A stretch of 24,651 nt of DNA from assembly GCA_028718575.1 (NCBI GenBank), contig JAQULN010000001.1, positions 1-24,651 on the forward strand, given 5' to 3'. The position numbers were made by a program, and so were the translations under genes. A model generated the notes under the pieces. It did not search any database. It saw only the letters and a list, made by a program, of their open reading frames with translations, and was not told where the DNA came from. Below are positions 23,120 to 24,651 of this stretch, piece after piece (the stretch's first letter is position 1; the number at the start of each line of letters is the position of its first letter). The stretch is from Candidatus Krumholzibacteriia bacterium (GTDB lineage: Bacteria; Krumholzibacteriota; Krumholzibacteriia; LZORAL124-64-63).

Positions 23120-23220
23120 CCGACGTGGCGCACGTCCTGGCACGTATATAACCTCTCGCAGCCGGTCCTGCTGCGTGTCGCACCCGGGTTCGAGCCGTCC
23201 ATTGCCGGCGGAGGCCGTCG

Positions 23221-24372
23221 ATGAATCCCATCTACCTCGATTACAATGCCACGACGCCGACGGACCCACGGGTCGTCGAATCCATGCTGCCGTGGCTGCG
23301 CGGCGAAGCCGGCAATCCCAGCAGCGGCCATGCCTGGGGTCGTCGCTCGCGGGCCGCGGTCACGGCGGCCCGCGAGCAGGTGGCTGCCTTGCTCGGCTGC
23401 CGTCCCGGCGAGGTGATCTTCACCAGCGGTGGCAGCGAGGCCTGCAACCACGCCGTCAAAGGCTCCGCATTCGCCCGCCAGAACGACGGCCGGCATCTCG
23501 TCGTGTCGGCGATCGAACACCCCGCTGTCACCGAGGCGGCGCAGTGGCTCGCCCGGCGCGGTTGGCGCTGCGACCGCCTACCGGTCACGCCGAACGGTCT
23601 GGTCGAGCCCCGGGCGCTGGCCGCGGCGCTGCAGCCGGACACCGTCCTGGTCAGCGTGATGCACGCCAACAACGAGACCGGGGTCGTGCAGCCGTTGGCC
23701 GAACTGGCGGACCGGTTGCGCGGACGCCAATCCTGGCTCTACGCGGATTGCGCGCAGTCGGCGGGTAAGATCCCGCTCCGGGTGCGTGAACTCGGGGTAG
23801 ATTTGGCCAGCATCGCCGGCCACAAGCTCTACGCTCCCAAGGGAGTCGGCGCACTGTACGTGCGCGCCGGTCTGCGCCTGGACAATCTGATCCATGGCGC
23901 CGGGCAGGAAGACGGCCGCCGGGCCGGCACCGAGGCGGTGGCCCAAGTTGTTGGCCTTGGCGCCGCGTGCGCGCTCGCTGCCGACCTGCTTGCCCACGAG
24001 ACGGCGCAACTGGCCGTCTTGCGCGACGAACTCGCGGCGCGCTTGCAGGCGCAGATCCCAGGCGCGGTGATCCACGGGCGCAACGCGCCGCGCCTGCCCA
24101 ATACGCTGAGCATCGCTCTGCCGGGCTGCCGGGCAGCAGCCGTGCTCGAACATCTTCGCGAAAAGCTCGCCGCGTCGGCAGGGGCGGCATGCCACGGTCA
24201 CGCCGCCCATGTCTCCAGTGTCCTGGCTGCAATGGGAGTTGCCGACGAACTCGCCCTGGCGACCATCCGGTTCTCAGTGGGACGCTTCACCACGTTGCAG
24301 GACGTAGAAAACGCCGCGACGCTCGTGGTCGAAACGTCGCGGCAGGTCGGCGCCGCCGGTCCGGCCGTATGA
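23221..24372 (+). CDS. Cysteine desulfurase family protein (group I NifS/IscS-type, PLP-dependent), 383 aa
   Basis: IYLDYNATTP, GNPSSGH, FTSGGSEA, EHPAV, HANNETG, SIAGHKLYAPKG (PLP lysine), SAGAACH (catalytic Cys), IRFSVGRFTT. GGAGG RBS. Confidence 0.95.
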   Translation: MNPIYLDYNATTPTDPRVVESMLPWLRGEAGNPSSGHAWGRRSRAAVTAAREQVAALLGCRPGEVIFTSGGSEACNHAVKGSAFARQNDGRHLVVSAIEHPAVTEAAQWLARRGWRCDRLPVTPNGLVEPRALAAALQPDTVLVSVMHANNETGVVQPLAELADRLRGRQSWLYADCAQSAGKIPLRVRELGVDLASIAGHKLYAPKGVGALYVRAGLRLDNLIHGAGQEDGRRAGTEAVAQVVGLGAACALAADLLAHETAQLAVLRDELAARLQAQIPGAVIHGRNAPRLPNTLSIALPGCRAAAVLEHLREKLAASAGAACHGHAAHVSSVLAAMGVADELALATIRFSVGRFTTLQDVENAATLVVETSRQVGAAGPAV

Positions 24373-24389
24373 GAGCGGATCGGTCGGGC

Positions 24390-24650
24390 TCAGAAACCGC
24401 CGAACGCGATGCCGGCGCGCACGACAAGGTAGCTCCAGTCGAACTTGGTATCCCGCAATCCCCACGATTCGGCGAGCAGGCGGTTCTTGGCGGGATTGTA
24501 CGTGTAGACAGCGCTCAATTCGACGGGACCGACGGCCAAGCCAGCGCCGGCGCCGACGGCCAAGTTGGTCGAAATGCCCTCGAACACGCCGAAATCTTGG
24601 TCCCAGTCCTGGAAACGATTGTGGCAGAAGGCGACTCCGACTGTCACGTA
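24390..24650 (-). CDS. C-terminal fragment of an outer-membrane beta-barrel protein (start lies beyond the right edge)
   Basis: Frame is open from the window edge; amphipathic strands AVGAGAGLAVGPVELSAVYTY and YLVVRAGIAFGGF with a terminal Phe (beta-signal-like). Confidence 0.7.
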   Translation of the reverse strand, partial: YVTVGVAFCHNRFQDWDQDFGVFEGISTNLAVGAGAGLAVGPVELSAVYTYNPAKNRLLAESWGLRDTKFDWSYLVVRAGIAFGGF

Positions 24651-24651
24651 A

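Noticed and set aside
23138-23152. TGGCACG (perfect sigma54 -24 element) upstream of the desulfurase
   Set aside because: The -12 position reads TAAC rather than TTGC. The nearby TTGACC is 23 nt from TATATA, too far for sigma70. No promoter is called.
1-24651. CRISPR arrays, tRNA/rRNA genes, toxin-antitoxin or defence genes
   Set aside because: No regularly spaced nucleotide repeats and no recognisable RNA-gene or defence-protein motifs; the repeats present are diverged protein-level repeats.

Overview
High-GC (roughly 68-70%, estimated by eye) Gram-negative chromosomal window. No mobile element, tRNA/rRNA or CRISPR array was found. The left flank has typA/bipA (running off the edge), a divergent TrmB-family regulator, a DAG-kinase-family lipid kinase and a small hypothetical gene. 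The right flank has glgX, a NifS/IscS-type cysteine desulfurase and the 3' end of an outer-membrane beta-barrel gene. Between them lies a ~16.8 kb minus-strand locus (4143-20915), in transcription order: (1) a PilZ c-di-GMP receptor; (2) after a sigma54-like promoter, a 2255-aa secreted Ig-repeat protein ending in a T9SS-CTD/FlgD-like domain; (3) a PorV/PorQ-like barrel fused to an FlgD-like domain; (4) a 1005-aa TPR solenoid; (5) after a second sigma54-like promoter, ExbB/TolQ; (6-7) two ExbD/TolR, one with Asn in place of the essential TM Asp; (8) a long TonB; (9) a secreted protein with a TonB-box-like segment, an FlgD-like domain and a degenerate OmpA-like domain. No TonB-dependent transporter and no SprA/PorKLMN gene is in the window. 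The best candidate for an undescribed system is a T9SS-like surface-display, adhesion or motility module driven by a TonB-ExbBD motor. The gene content suggests an FCB-associated or candidate-phylum organism, but that is inference only. All domain calls come from reading motifs by eye, not from HMM searches.
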